Shown here piece by piece: positions 20,643 to 30,430 of a stretch of 64,000 nt of DNA (the stretch's first letter is position 1; each line of letters starts with the position of its first letter). This DNA comes from an uncultured virus (IMG/VR IMGVR_UViG_3300007542_000024) (lineage: Duplodnaviria; Heunggongvirae; Uroviricota; Caudoviricetes). The stretch is from IMG/VR virus record IMGVR_UViG_3300007542_000024. One strand, written 5' to 3'. A program made the translations under genes and the position numbers. Below the pieces are notes generated by a model, which worked only from the letters and a program-made list of their open reading frames with translations, did no database searches and was not told the DNA's origin.

Positions 20643-20770
20643 CAGTCGGTGTCCTCTTCGTCATCGACGTCGAAGTCAGGGTCGTCGTAGTCGTCTTCGT
20701 CGTCGTAGGGGTTCAGGCCGAACTCCAGGTCATCCCAGAGCTCATCAGTGTGGGTACGGGGACCGTGCAC
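20642..20770 (-). CDS. Highly acidic micro-protein (42 aa)
   Basis: GGAGGT RBS, GTG 20770: MHGPRTHTDELWDDLEFGLNPYDDEDDYDDPDFDVDDEEDTD; ATAAG motif 40 nt upstream. Confidence 0.65.
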   Translation of the reverse strand: MHGPRTHTDELWDDLEFGLNPYDDEDDYDDPDFDVDDEEDTD

Positions 20771-20809
20771 GCGGGTTACCTCCAAGTCGTGGTAGTTGGC
20801 GTCATAGTC

Positions 20810-20822
20810 CTTATGCGAGAAT
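20810..20822 (-). promoter_or_regulatory. TTC-N4-ATAAG motif
   Basis: ATTCTCGCATAAG, intergenic, pointing at the micro-peptide pair. Confidence 0.65.
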
Positions 20823-20847
20823 GTGAGCGCTTCCGTAGGAGCCCCTC

Positions 20848-23800
20848 ATGCCGTACCTGAGCCCTGACGAACAGTTCGCTGACCTCAAGAGCAAGGTCTC
20901 GTCCACCCTGATGGAGCTCTTCCCCGTGGAGGGGCGCGGCGGCCGCGTCGTCCTCAAGAACGTGGAGGTCGACGACAACCTCGACACGCATGACCTGCGC
21001 TCGCAGCGGGTAGCTCTGCAGGAGGGGAAGACCTGGGCGGTGCCCGTGTACGGGGATGCTGTGCTCGAGCGCGAGGGCCAGGAGATCGACCGCAAGCGCG
21101 TCCTGCTGATGCACCTGCCCAAGACCACGGACAGGTTCGGCTACATCGTCAAGGGGCGGGAGTACCAGGCGCTCACCCAGTTCCGGCAGAAGTCCGGCGT
21201 GTACCACCGCACGGCGAGCAACGGCGCGCTGTTGGCCGAGTTCAACCTGGCCAACAGGGACCAGTTCGCCAACGGGCGTACCTTCAAGGTGCGGTTCGAT
21301 CCCGAGGAGGCGGACTACTACCTGCAGCACGGCAACTCCAACATCCCGCTGTACCACCTGTTGAAGGGTGCCGGGGTCTCCGACCGGGAACTCGAGCAGC
21401 GCTGGGGAGCTGCCATCGTGCAGAAGAATCGAGAGCGGGCCTCGGCCGAGCAGGTCTACTCCCGCTTCTACAAGGCGGTGAACAAGAAGCAGCCCGCGGA
21501 TCCCATGAGGCACGCTGGGCTGTTCCGCGAGCTGCTCGGTAAGACCCGGCTGCGGGCGGACACGACCAAGAAGACGCTGGGCGCCGAGTTCGAGACTGTC
21601 GACAACGAGGTCCTTCTGCGCGCGACCGAGAACCTCCTCGACATGTCGAAGGGGCGCCGGGAGGATGACCCGAAGACTTCGCTGGAGTTCCAGTCCGTTC
21701 ACACCATCGACGACTTCATCGACGGCCGCTTGAAGCGCGCGGCGCCGAGCATTCGCCGGAAGCTGGCCAACGCTCTGGCCAGCGGGCGCACGCGCAACGT
21801 ACGCCGCGTGGTGAAGGCCGATCCGTTCGACCGGGCAGTGCAGGGCTACTTCACCTCTGACCTGACGGTGAACCCCGAGCAGACCAACCCCTTGGAGATG
21901 CTCGCCGGCCAGCTCAAGACCACCATCATGGGCGAGCAGGGAGGCTACAAGTCGGCGCACGTGGTGTCCGAGGAGTCCAAGCTCATCAGCCCGTCGCACC
22001 TCGGCTTCCTCGACCCCATCCACACCCCGGAGAGCGACAAGACGGGAGTGACCCTCTCGCTGCCGCTCGGTGTGAAGAAGGTCGGCAACGAGCTCGAGAC
22101 GCTGCTGGTGGACGCCCGGACGGGGAGGACGCGGCGCATGCAGCCCGCGGACGTGCTCGACCAGACGGTGGCCTTCCCCGATCAGTACGAGCGGAAGGGG
22201 AAGAAGCTGGTAGCCCGTCACGCCAAGGTCAAGGCTACTCGTGGTGGAGAGGTCGTCACGGTCCCTGCGAGCGAGGTCGACTACGTACTCCCCAGCCCAC
22301 GCAGCCTGTTCGGCGTAGCGTCCAACCTGGTGCCCTTCCTGCAGAACAACCAGGGCAACCGCGCCATGACCGCGGCCAAGCAGCAAGAACAGGCCGTGCC
22401 TCTGGAGCACCGGGAGGCTCCCCTGGTGCAGGTCGAGATGGACCGCGGGGGTACCTTCGAACAGGCTCTTGGCCTGTACGCCTCTCGCCGGGCCCCCGTA
22501 GCCGGGGTCGTCAAGACGGTGAAGAAGGACGCGGTGATCATCAACGACGGGGACAAGGACCACGAGGTCCAGATCTACCGCAACTTCCCGCTGAACGGGA
22601 CCTCCCTCTACGACATGGACGTCCAGGTCAAGAAGGGTGACCAGGTCGAGAAGGGGCAGCTCCTCGCGGACTCCACCTTCACCAAGGACGGGACGCTGGC
22701 GCTCGGAACCAACCTGCGGACCGCCTACATCCCCTTCATGGGGTACAACTTCGAGGACGGCATCGTCATCTCGGAGGCCGCTGCGAGGAAGCTGGCGTCG
22801 CGCCACCTCTACAAGAAGTCCACAGCGCGGGATGCCGACACGATCCTCAGCCGGAAGACCTTCCTGGCAGAGTACCCCTACGTCTTCGGCAAGGGGCAGC
22901 TGAGCGGTGTGGGGGAGGACGGCATCGTGAAGCCCGGCACCATCCTCAACGAGGGTGACCCGCTCATCATGGTGCTGCGGAAGCCCCCCATGACCAAGGC
23001 ACGCAAGCAGATCCGGGAGTTCCGCCGAGGGCGGCCTGACAAGTACCGGGACCGCTCCGTCGTGTGGGACAAGCCCTACCAGGGCGAGGTCACCGAGGTC
23101 GTGCGCAAGGGCAAGGACGTCACGGTCTACGTCAAGACCCGAGAGCCCGCCCAGATCGGCGACAAGGTCGTCGGGCGGCACGGCAACAAGGGCGTCATCA
23201 CGCGCATCATCCCGGTGTCCGAGATGCCCTGGAAGGAGGGAGAGAACGGCGAGAAGGAGCACGTCGAGATCGCGCTGAACCCCCTGGGCGTGCCCGGGCG
23301 CATCAACCTCGGGCAGATCCTGGAGACCGCGGCGGGTAAGGTGGCCGAGAAGCGCGGGAAGCCCTACGGCGTGCGCAACTTCGAGGCCGAGAAGGACTAC
23401 CTGGCGATGGTCAAGGAGGACCTGGCCGCCGAGGGTCTGCAGGACCGCGACGAGCTCATCGACCCTCGGACGGGGAAGCCCTTCCCCAACCGCATCCTGG
23501 CGGGCAACCAGTACATCGTCAAGCTGAAGCACCAGGTGGGCAAGAAGGTCTCTGCCCGTGCCGGCGGTCCCGGCGCGCCCTACGACATCAACCACGCGCC
23601 GGCCGGGGGCGCTCCCCACGGGGGGCAGGCTCTGGGGGAGCTCGGGATGTACTCCATGCTGGCGCACGGAGCCCGGGAGAACCTCCACGAGATGTTCGCC
23701 TACAAGTCGTCCCGCAACCACGAGCTGTGGGATGCCCTGCGAGAAGGGACGCCGCTACCGCCCCCGAAGGTGCCCTTCGCCTACGAGAAGTTCCTCTCCT

Positions 23801-26800
23801 ACCTGAACGCCATGCGCGTCGACGCACGGAAGCACGGGAACAGCCTGACCTTGGTCCCGTTCACCGAGGAGCAGGTGAAGTCGATGTCGGCCGGGGAGCT
23901 CAAGGACCCCGGGCTGGTGGTGCGCGGCAAGGACTTGCGTCCGCTCAAGGGCGGGCTGTTCGACGAGGACATCACGGGCGGCATGCTCGGGGACAAGTGG
24001 GCACACTTCAAGCTCGCCGAGCCCATGCCGAACCCGCTCTTCGAGGACGCGGTCAAGAAGCTCCTCAACATCACCCGCAAGCGCTACGCGGACATCGTCG
24101 CGGGACGGGTGGAGGTCAAGGGCAAGCGGGGCGGGGAGGCCATCAAGGCCCTGCTGGAGGACGTCAACGTCGCGGAGCAGCGGGAAGCCATCACTGCGAA
24201 GCTCGCGACTGCGAAGGGAGCCACGCGGAGCAAGCTGCACAAGCAGCTGCGCATCCTCAAGGCCCTGGAGGCCAACAACCTCGACCCCACGGTCTACATG
24301 ATGGAGTCCGTGCCCGTCGTCCCGCCGATCATGCGCCCCGTAACGGTCAAGGACGACGGCTCCCTCTCGTCCAACGACTTGAACTACCTCTACAAGGGCA
24401 TCGCGGCCTCCAACGACGTGCTCCGGAGCAACAAGCGGGCAGGCCTGCCCGCAGCCCACATGGAGACGGTGCGCTCCGAGCTGTACGATGGCGTCAAGGC
24501 CCTGATGGGTGTCGGCGCCGCGGCTGCGCCGGGCCCGCGCGACTACCAGGGAGTGCTCAAGATCATCTCGGGGGATCAGCCCAAGGAGGGCTACTTCCAG
24601 AAGCGCGTGATGAAGCGCCGCCAGGACTTCTCGGCCCGGTCCATCATCATCCCGGAGCCGGGCATGGACCTCGACGAGCTCGGGGTGCCCGAGAAGGTGG
24701 CCTGGTCGCTGTACCAGCCCTTCATCGAGCGCGACCTTGCCCGGGCGGGCTGGAAGATGCTCGACGCCATCAACGAGGTCAAGGCCCGCGGTCCCGCGGC
24801 CGAGAAGGCGTTGGAGCGTGCGGTGCAGGAGCGCCCCATCCTGCTGAAGCGCGACCCCGCTCTGCACATGTTCAACGTGATGGCCTTCAAGCCCAGGTTG
24901 GTGAAGGGCAGCGCCATCGAAATCCATCCCCTCGTCGTCTCGGGCTACAACGCTGACTTCGACGGCGACGCCATGAGCGTGTACCTGCCCCTCACCTCGA
25001 AGGCGGTGAAGGAAGCGCATGGCATGTACCCGTCCAAGAACTTGTTCAGCTCGAGCACGGGCGCCGTGATGCACACGCCCGGGCACGAAGCGTTGCTCGG
25101 CCTCTACCTGGCGTCGAAGCCCGGGAAGCGCACGCGGCACACGTTCAAGACGGGAGAAGACGCGCGGGCGGCCTGGCGTCGGGGACGTATCGACCGGACG
25201 GACATCATCCACGTGGCTGGGCACGAGACTACGGTGGGCCGGCTGGACATCGAGCGGCACCTGCCGCCGGAGCTGCGGGAGACCGGGAAGAAGCCTGTCT
25301 CCCAGATGCGGGTCTACGACAAGGGGACCACCAAGAAGGTGCTGACGGCCATCGCCAAGAAGAACCCTGACCACTACGGCAAGGTGGCCAACGCCTTCAA
25401 GGACATCGGCAACGAGCACACCTTCGACGTAGGGTTCTCCATCGGCCTCGACGACTTCGAGGTCATCAACCGGAAGGAGCGGGACTCCATGATGCAGGCG
25501 GCCGAGGCCCAGGCGGACCGCATCCGGCAGGGTCCCGGGAGCAAGCAGCGGAAGGACGAGCGGGTCGTCAAGATCTTCCAGGACCTCGATGACTCCCTCG
25601 ACCGCCTCAACACCGAGCACCTGGCCCAGAACCCCACCAACATCTCCCGCATGGTGGAGTCCGGGGCGCGCGGCAAGCCCTCGCAGCTCAAGCAGATCAT
25701 CAGCAGTCCCGTGTTGGTGATGGACGCGAAGAACCGGGTGGTGCCGAGCCTCATCCCGCGGTCGTACTCCGAGGGCATGGACGTGGCGTCCTACTGGACC
25801 ACGCTGCACGGTGCGCGGAAGGGCACCATCCAGAAGGTGCAGGGCGTGAAGGACCCCGGGTACATCTCCAAGCAGGTGATGAACTCCACCATGAACCAGC
25901 TCGTCACGGAGCGAGACTGCGGGACGACCGAGGGCATCTTCATGTCCGTCGATGACTCGGACATCCTGGACAGGTACACGGTGCAGGGGACGCTCATCAC
26001 GCCGAAGGTGGTGGCTGATGCGCGGAAGCGCCGACAGCGCTCCCTCAAGGTGAGGTCCCCCCTGCGGTGCAAGTCGTCGCACGGCATCTGCCAGAAGTGC
26101 ATGGGGCTGAGCGTGAACGGACACCACCACGATGTGGGGACCAACGTGGGGGTGCTCGCTGGGCAGGCCATCGGAGAGCCCGCGACGCAGCTCTCCCTCA
26201 ACGTCTTCCACACGGGAGGCTTGGCCAAGGGGCGCGGCTCGAAGAGCGTCAACGCCTTCCACCGGCTCACCGAAATCTTGCGGCTCCCCAAGAACCTGCC
26301 GGACGCAGCGCCGCTGGCCCTGGAGTCGGGGACGGTCACCAAGGTCGAGCGCGCGCCGCAGGGCGGCGAGTACGTGACCGTCGGCCGGACGCGCCACTAC
26401 CTCCCGGCGGCTCAGGCCAGGGCGGTGAAGCGCGGGCAGCCTGTGCGCAAGGGCGCTCCGCTGACGGATGGCGTGGTGGACCCGCGCAACCTGCTGTCCC
26501 TGCGGGGCCTCGAGGCTGTGCAAGACCACCTCACCGACGAGCTCGCCGGCGTCATGGGTACGGTGGCTCCGGTGAAGCGACGCAACCTCGAGGTCGTCGT
26601 CAAGTCGCTCACGAACGTCACGCACATCGACGATGCGGGAGACCATCCGGAGTGGGTTCCGGGCGATGCGCAGCCCTACAGTGCCGTGCAGGCGTACAAC
26701 CGGAAGCCCGGCACGAAGCCGGTCAAGCATACGCCCTACCTCAAGGGAGTCAACGTCCTGCCCCACGAGATGCAGGAAGACTGGATGGCGCGCCTGAACT

Positions 26801-26958
26801 ACACCGACCTCTCGCGCACGCTGACCGAGGCGGCCCGCGAGGGCTGGCGGTCCAACATCCACGGCTTCCATCCGGTACCCGGGGCGGCCTACGCTGCCGA
26901 GTTCGGGCAGAAGCAGAAGGCCGTCAAGCCCGGTGAGCCCTGGAGAGGTGAGTATTGA
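20848..26958 (+). CDS. Phage DNA-directed RNA polymerase, fused beta-beta' (RpoB/RpoC-like) polypeptide, 2036 aa
   Basis: beta motifs FLDPIHTPE, LVPFLQNNQGNRA, GYNFEDGIVISE, GDKVVGRHGNKG, LNPLGVPGRINLGQ; beta' motifs VPPIMRP, RQDFSARSII, LKRDPALH, catalytic YNADFDGD (~24949-24969), SGARG, QAIGEPATQLSLNVFHTGG. Confidence 0.97.
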   Translation: MPYLSPDEQFADLKSKVSSTLMELFPVEGRGGRVVLKNVEVDDNLDTHDLRSQRVALQEGKTWAVPVYGDAVLEREGQEIDRKRVLLMHLPKTTDRFGYIVKGREYQALTQFRQKSGVYHRTASNGALLAEFNLANRDQFANGRTFKVRFDPEEADYYLQHGNSNIPLYHLLKGAGVSDRELEQRWGAAIVQKNRERASAEQVYSRFYKAVNKKQPADPMRHAGLFRELLGKTRLRADTTKKTLGAEFETVDNEVLLRATENLLDMSKGRREDDPKTSLEFQSVHTIDDFIDGRLKRAAPSIRRKLANALASGRTRNVRRVVKADPFDRAVQGYFTSDLTVNPEQTNPLEMLAGQLKTTIMGEQGGYKSAHVVSEESKLISPSHLGFLDPIHTPESDKTGVTLSLPLGVKKVGNELETLLVDARTGRTRRMQPADVLDQTVAFPDQYERKGKKLVARHAKVKATRGGEVVTVPASEVDYVLPSPRSLFGVASNLVPFLQNNQGNRAMTAAKQQEQAVPLEHREAPLVQVEMDRGGTFEQALGLYASRRAPVAGVVKTVKKDAVIINDGDKDHEVQIYRNFPLNGTSLYDMDVQVKKGDQVEKGQLLADSTFTKDGTLALGTNLRTAYIPFMGYNFEDGIVISEAAARKLASRHLYKKSTARDADTILSRKTFLAEYPYVFGKGQLSGVGEDGIVKPGTILNEGDPLIMVLRKPPMTKARKQIREFRRGRPDKYRDRSVVWDKPYQGEVTEVVRKGKDVTVYVKTREPAQIGDKVVGRHGNKGVITRIIPVSEMPWKEGENGEKEHVEIALNPLGVPGRINLGQILETAAGKVAEKRGKPYGVRNFEAEKDYLAMVKEDLAAEGLQDRDELIDPRTGKPFPNRILAGNQYIVKLKHQVGKKVSARAGGPGAPYDINHAPAGGAPHGGQALGELGMYSMLAHGARENLHEMFAYKSSRNHELWDALREGTPLPPPKVPFAYEKFLSYLNAMRVDARKHGNSLTLVPFTEEQVKSMSAGELKDPGLVVRGKDLRPLKGGLFDEDITGGMLGDKWAHFKLAEPMPNPLFEDAVKKLLNITRKRYADIVAGRVEVKGKRGGEAIKALLEDVNVAEQREAITAKLATAKGATRSKLHKQLRILKALEANNLDPTVYMMESVPVVPPIMRPVTVKDDGSLSSNDLNYLYKGIAASNDVLRSNKRAGLPAAHMETVRSELYDGVKALMGVGAAAAPGPRDYQGVLKIISGDQPKEGYFQKRVMKRRQDFSARSIIIPEPGMDLDELGVPEKVAWSLYQPFIERDLARAGWKMLDAINEVKARGPAAEKALERAVQERPILLKRDPALHMFNVMAFKPRLVKGSAIEIHPLVVSGYNADFDGDAMSVYLPLTSKAVKEAHGMYPSKNLFSSSTGAVMHTPGHEALLGLYLASKPGKRTRHTFKTGEDARAAWRRGRIDRTDIIHVAGHETTVGRLDIERHLPPELRETGKKPVSQMRVYDKGTTKKVLTAIAKKNPDHYGKVANAFKDIGNEHTFDVGFSIGLDDFEVINRKERDSMMQAAEAQADRIRQGPGSKQRKDERVVKIFQDLDDSLDRLNTEHLAQNPTNISRMVESGARGKPSQLKQIISSPVLVMDAKNRVVPSLIPRSYSEGMDVASYWTTLHGARKGTIQKVQGVKDPGYISKQVMNSTMNQLVTERDCGTTEGIFMSVDDSDILDRYTVQGTLITPKVVADARKRRQRSLKVRSPLRCKSSHGICQKCMGLSVNGHHHDVGTNVGVLAGQAIGEPATQLSLNVFHTGGLAKGRGSKSVNAFHRLTEILRLPKNLPDAAPLALESGTVTKVERAPQGGEYVTVGRTRHYLPAAQARAVKRGQPVRKGAPLTDGVVDPRNLLSLRGLEAVQDHLTDELAGVMGTVAPVKRRNLEVVVKSLTNVTHIDDAGDHPEWVPGDAQPYSAVQAYNRKPGTKPVKHTPYLKGVNVLPHEMQEDWMARLNYTDLSRTLTEAAREGWRSNIHGFHPVPGAAYAAEFGQKQKAVKPGEPWRGEY

Positions 26959-28529
26959 GTGCCCCCAAGCCCGGGTTCCCGCCTGCCTGGACCGCCTACG
27001 GCGGTGTGAGGGTACTGGCGGGCACCATCATCTCGGTCAACAAGGTGAAGTGGACCTGCACGGTCAACTGCGGGAAGGGAGAGCACTACGAGGACGTCCC
27101 CGTGATGCCCGGGTTCGTGGGGGCCGAAGGGCAGGGCGAGTTCAAGATGCCGGAGACCAACTCTCCGGTCTGGGTCTGCAAGCCTTCGCAGGAGGGGAAG
27201 GTGTTCGTGCTGGGCGGCGCCGCGCTCCCTACCCAGATGGACGAAGGGGACGCCTACGAGGATCCCACGGACTACCGCATGAACCGTCCGGTGCTCGGCG
27301 AGGGGGACCAGGGGATGATGGGCCCTGGCGGGAGTCCGCACGTCATCCTGCGCAAGGGCGGCATGCTCGAGCTCGGTGCCGACCAGGCATGCCGCTCCTG
27401 GTACTTCCCGCTCAAGGGACTGCTGCAGCACTTCTGTCAGCGGTACGAGCTCTACGGTGCGGCCGGGTCCTGGGAGTATGGCGCGCGCCTCGAGGACCAG
27501 TCACACGGGACGGCGCGGACTCCGGTCGAGTTCAACCTGCAGCTCAAGGAGTTCGCCCAGGACGACCCCATCATCCAGCTGGGCCTAGGGCGCATCGCTG
27601 ACGAGGATGACCAGCGACTGTTCCACGGCACTACGGGCGACATCGTCGCCCGGCTCATCATCAACAACCGCTACCGCTTCTGGGTGGACAAGGCCGGCAA
27701 CGTGCAGTCCTACGTGCACGGAGGCGTGGTGCGGTCCCACAACGGCCCCGTCGTGGAGTACTACCACTCTACGCTGATGCGCGAGGTCAAGGAGCTGTTC
27801 CGCCAGCGTCTCGGGAAGCGCGCCGTGGAGGTTAGCGGGAACGATGCCCTCGAGGTCACGGGAGACCGCACAGTCCGCGTGGGCGGAAACGTCTCCGAGG
27901 AAGTCACCGGCACAGTAGCCCGTCAGCTCGGCGGGGTCGCCGACGAGGTCCGCGGGAGTGTGGAGCGGAAGGTGCAGGGAAGCCTCTCCGACGAAGTGGG
28001 CGGGTCCGTCTCACAGTCGGTAGGGGGCACGCACGAGATGTCGGTGCAGGGGGGAGCATCCGAGCTGGTGGGGGGCAAGAAGGTCACCAAGGTCCTCAAC
28101 AGCCAGGCCGACGGCAACGGCTACGAGATCTACGTCTACTCGGGCAAGCTCGAGATCCACGATGCGCTGGGCAACGTGGAGTTGTCGTCGGGCGGAGGGT
28201 CCGACCCTGCGGCAGCTCTTGCGCGAGTCACGATCACGCCTGCTGGAGCCATCCAACTGAGCAGCTCCGGAGGCCTGGCTACCGTCGAGGTCAACAGCAG
28301 CGGCATCCAGATCAGCACCGCGGGCGGGATCATCGAGCTCGACCAGGCCGGCTTGGTGCTTCTCGGAGGGGCAGTGCCCCCGCGGGGCGCCGTGGTCACC
28401 ACCCAGACGCACCCGGTGGACCTCGTGACAGGCACGCCGATCCTCGGGAGTGCCACTGTGGCGGCCGGCGGGATCGCGTCCCCCGCCGCGGTACCGGCTA
28501 CCAGCTTCGCCTCGGCCTTCCTGGTATGA
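26955..28529 (+). CDS. Baseplate central spike (gp5/GpV-like)
   Basis: N-terminal OB-fold-like region followed by 8-residue V-x-G repeats (VSGNDALEVTGDRTVRVGGNVSEEVTG...VQGSLSDEVGGSVSQSVGG). Confidence 0.75.
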   Translation: MSAPKPGFPPAWTAYGGVRVLAGTIISVNKVKWTCTVNCGKGEHYEDVPVMPGFVGAEGQGEFKMPETNSPVWVCKPSQEGKVFVLGGAALPTQMDEGDAYEDPTDYRMNRPVLGEGDQGMMGPGGSPHVILRKGGMLELGADQACRSWYFPLKGLLQHFCQRYELYGAAGSWEYGARLEDQSHGTARTPVEFNLQLKEFAQDDPIIQLGLGRIADEDDQRLFHGTTGDIVARLIINNRYRFWVDKAGNVQSYVHGGVVRSHNGPVVEYYHSTLMREVKELFRQRLGKRAVEVSGNDALEVTGDRTVRVGGNVSEEVTGTVARQLGGVADEVRGSVERKVQGSLSDEVGGSVSQSVGGTHEMSVQGGASELVGGKKVTKVLNSQADGNGYEIYVYSGKLEIHDALGNVELSSGGGSDPAAALARVTITPAGAIQLSSSGGLATVEVNSSGIQISTAGGIIELDQAGLVLLGGAVPPRGAVVTTQTHPVDLVTGTPILGSATVAAGGIASPAAVPATSFASAFLV

Positions 28530-29206
28530 GCCTGAGCGCTCCCGCGATCGCTGCCCTGGTCTTCCGAGACCACTTGGCGCAGTTCCCGCTCGCGGCGGAC
28601 GCCTGTCGCGAGAACGCTGCCACCGGGGTAGCGCTCCATTGTGTGCCCGAGGCCTTCATCGAGGCGCTGTGCGCTGGGCTGGTGACCGCGGTGCAGCAGG
28701 TGCGTGTTCGCGGGGTGCTCACCGGCATCGCCATCCCCCCGGCAACGGCTTCCCCCGTCCCCTACACCCTGACGACCGTTCCCGCTGCGGCTTCCCAGTT
28801 CCTCGCGGCGCAGGGATGGACGGGTTCTGGCGCTGCGGGGGCAGTCGCTACCTTCATCACGTCCGTACTGACGCACCTGGTGGCGACGTCCTGGCTTCAG
28901 CTCGCTCCCAGCAAGGTAGCGGGTACCGGGACCGCCCTTGTCTCCCTCGCATCGAACCCCACGCTGCAGGCCGAGCTGGAGACCCTGCTGCAAGGGACCC
29001 TCCCTGCAGCGTTCACTGCAGCAGGGGTCTTCGGGGAAGGCGATGTCCCGGGTGCCCCCGTCAATGCTACTCTGGCAGCGCAGCTGCCCAACTACGCCGC
29101 GGCCTACTCCATGGCGTTCGCCGGGATCGTGGCTTCGGTTCCCTACGTCGGCGGCACCGGCACCTCGGTCTTGGTTACAGAGCCCGTATCGGGCAGCATC
29201 TTGTAG
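28526..29206 (+). CDS. Ala-rich hypothetical protein, likely baseplate-associated
   Basis: 226 aa, ATGA-coupled to the spike gene. Confidence 0.65.
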   Translation: MSLSAPAIAALVFRDHLAQFPLAADACRENAATGVALHCVPEAFIEALCAGLVTAVQQVRVRGVLTGIAIPPATASPVPYTLTTVPAAASQFLAAQGWTGSGAAGAVATFITSVLTHLVATSWLQLAPSKVAGTGTALVSLASNPTLQAELETLLQGTLPAAFTAAGVFGEGDVPGAPVNATLAAQLPNYAAAYSMAFAGIVASVPYVGGTGTSVLVTEPVSGSIL

Positions 29207-29214
29207 GAGAGCGC

Positions 29215-30420
29215 GTGGCGAGTTGGGTTCAGTTCGAGACGATGCCGGAGCAGGCGTCCCAGATCGCGGCCGCGGTCGATGAAGGGCAGGCCGCACTGAG
29301 TACGGTGGCTACGGTGCTCGACGGCGTGGCTACGGTGCTCAACGTCATCTCGGCCTTCGCCGTGAGCGACGTCAACGCGGCGCGCGCCATCTCCCTGGCT
29401 CTCGTAGCGCTCATCGACTCCTTGATCATGGATGTGCTCCAGAACAACGTGGGGCTCTGTCTCCACCTGAACCTGGAGTGGGATCCCGACTGGACCTACG
29501 ACGAGTCCTGGCTGGAGAACTCCCAGCTTCCGTGGAAGGCCCGCGGGGTGACCAACTGGCTGGCCGATGTCGCCGCCTCCACGCGGGATGAGTCGGACCC
29601 CCTGCGCCCCCTGACGGACGACGACACCTACGTGGGTGGCTTCATCCTGCTGCAGGGCGTCTCCAGCCACGAGGAGCTCGAAGACCTCAAGGCGCTCTTC
29701 GACATGTTCACCAACATGTCCGCGTTCCGCGAGACGCTCGACACCTACGATCGCCTGGGGAACGTCACCGAGGCCAACAAGCCCCTCACCAGGCTGGGCC
29801 CTGCCATGGCGAGCTCGCTCATGCACGCGCTGGTCTGTGACCCCGAGCAGGAGGGAGCAGCTGTGCTGGAGCAGATCGGGGCCACCACGGTCGAGGACTT
29901 CCTCCCTCTGCGAGGCAACTACCCGAAGTGGGCGTCGTTGCCCATGGCGGCCACGGTCCCTGCGATGAAGCAGCTCATCGACAAGCTGCGCCAGCTGCGC
30001 GAGTCCATCAAGCCCTCGCTGGACAAGGCCGAGCAGATCGCCCTGCTTGCCAGCCTCATCGCGAACAAGGCAGCTCTGCTCTCCGACTCGCTGGACGAGG
30101 TGGGGGAGCTGCTCGAGAGCATCGAGAGCCTGATCGCCTTCTTGCGCAGTGGAAACGTGCATTTCATCTGGATTCCCGACGACGAGCCAGGCGGGATGGC
30201 CAACTTCATCAACCGGGCCGTTACCGCCGAGAACCTGCCTGACTTCGGATCAGATGGTATTGTTGTGGGTGTCGTCGGTATCGTGACCGGAGATGATATG
30301 GCCAACCACATGCAGCGCTTCTGGGAGATGCTGGGCCTCCAAGCCGACGCTTTCGTCACCGGAACCGACACCCTGGCTGCGAACATCGACGCGGCCTTCG
30401 CAGACATCTTCCCCGAGTAG
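29215..30420 (+). CDS. Hypothetical structural protein (401 aa)
   Basis: Start reassigned to GTG 29215 after AGGAG; acidic and helical. Confidence 0.7.
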   Translation: MASWVQFETMPEQASQIAAAVDEGQAALSTVATVLDGVATVLNVISAFAVSDVNAARAISLALVALIDSLIMDVLQNNVGLCLHLNLEWDPDWTYDESWLENSQLPWKARGVTNWLADVAASTRDESDPLRPLTDDDTYVGGFILLQGVSSHEELEDLKALFDMFTNMSAFRETLDTYDRLGNVTEANKPLTRLGPAMASSLMHALVCDPEQEGAAVLEQIGATTVEDFLPLRGNYPKWASLPMAATVPAMKQLIDKLRQLRESIKPSLDKAEQIALLASLIANKAALLSDSLDEVGELLESIESLIAFLRSGNVHFIWIPDDEPGGMANFINRAVTAENLPDFGSDGIVVGVVGIVTGDDMANHMQRFWEMLGLQADAFVTGTDTLAANIDAAFADIFPE

Positions 30421-30430
30421 GAGCCCCTCC

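Noticed and set aside
20848..26958. Cellular rpoBC locus, i.e. a bacterial chromosome
   Set aside because: No ribosomal protein or other housekeeping neighbours; flanked by portal and baseplate genes; the sequence is reduced and divergent.
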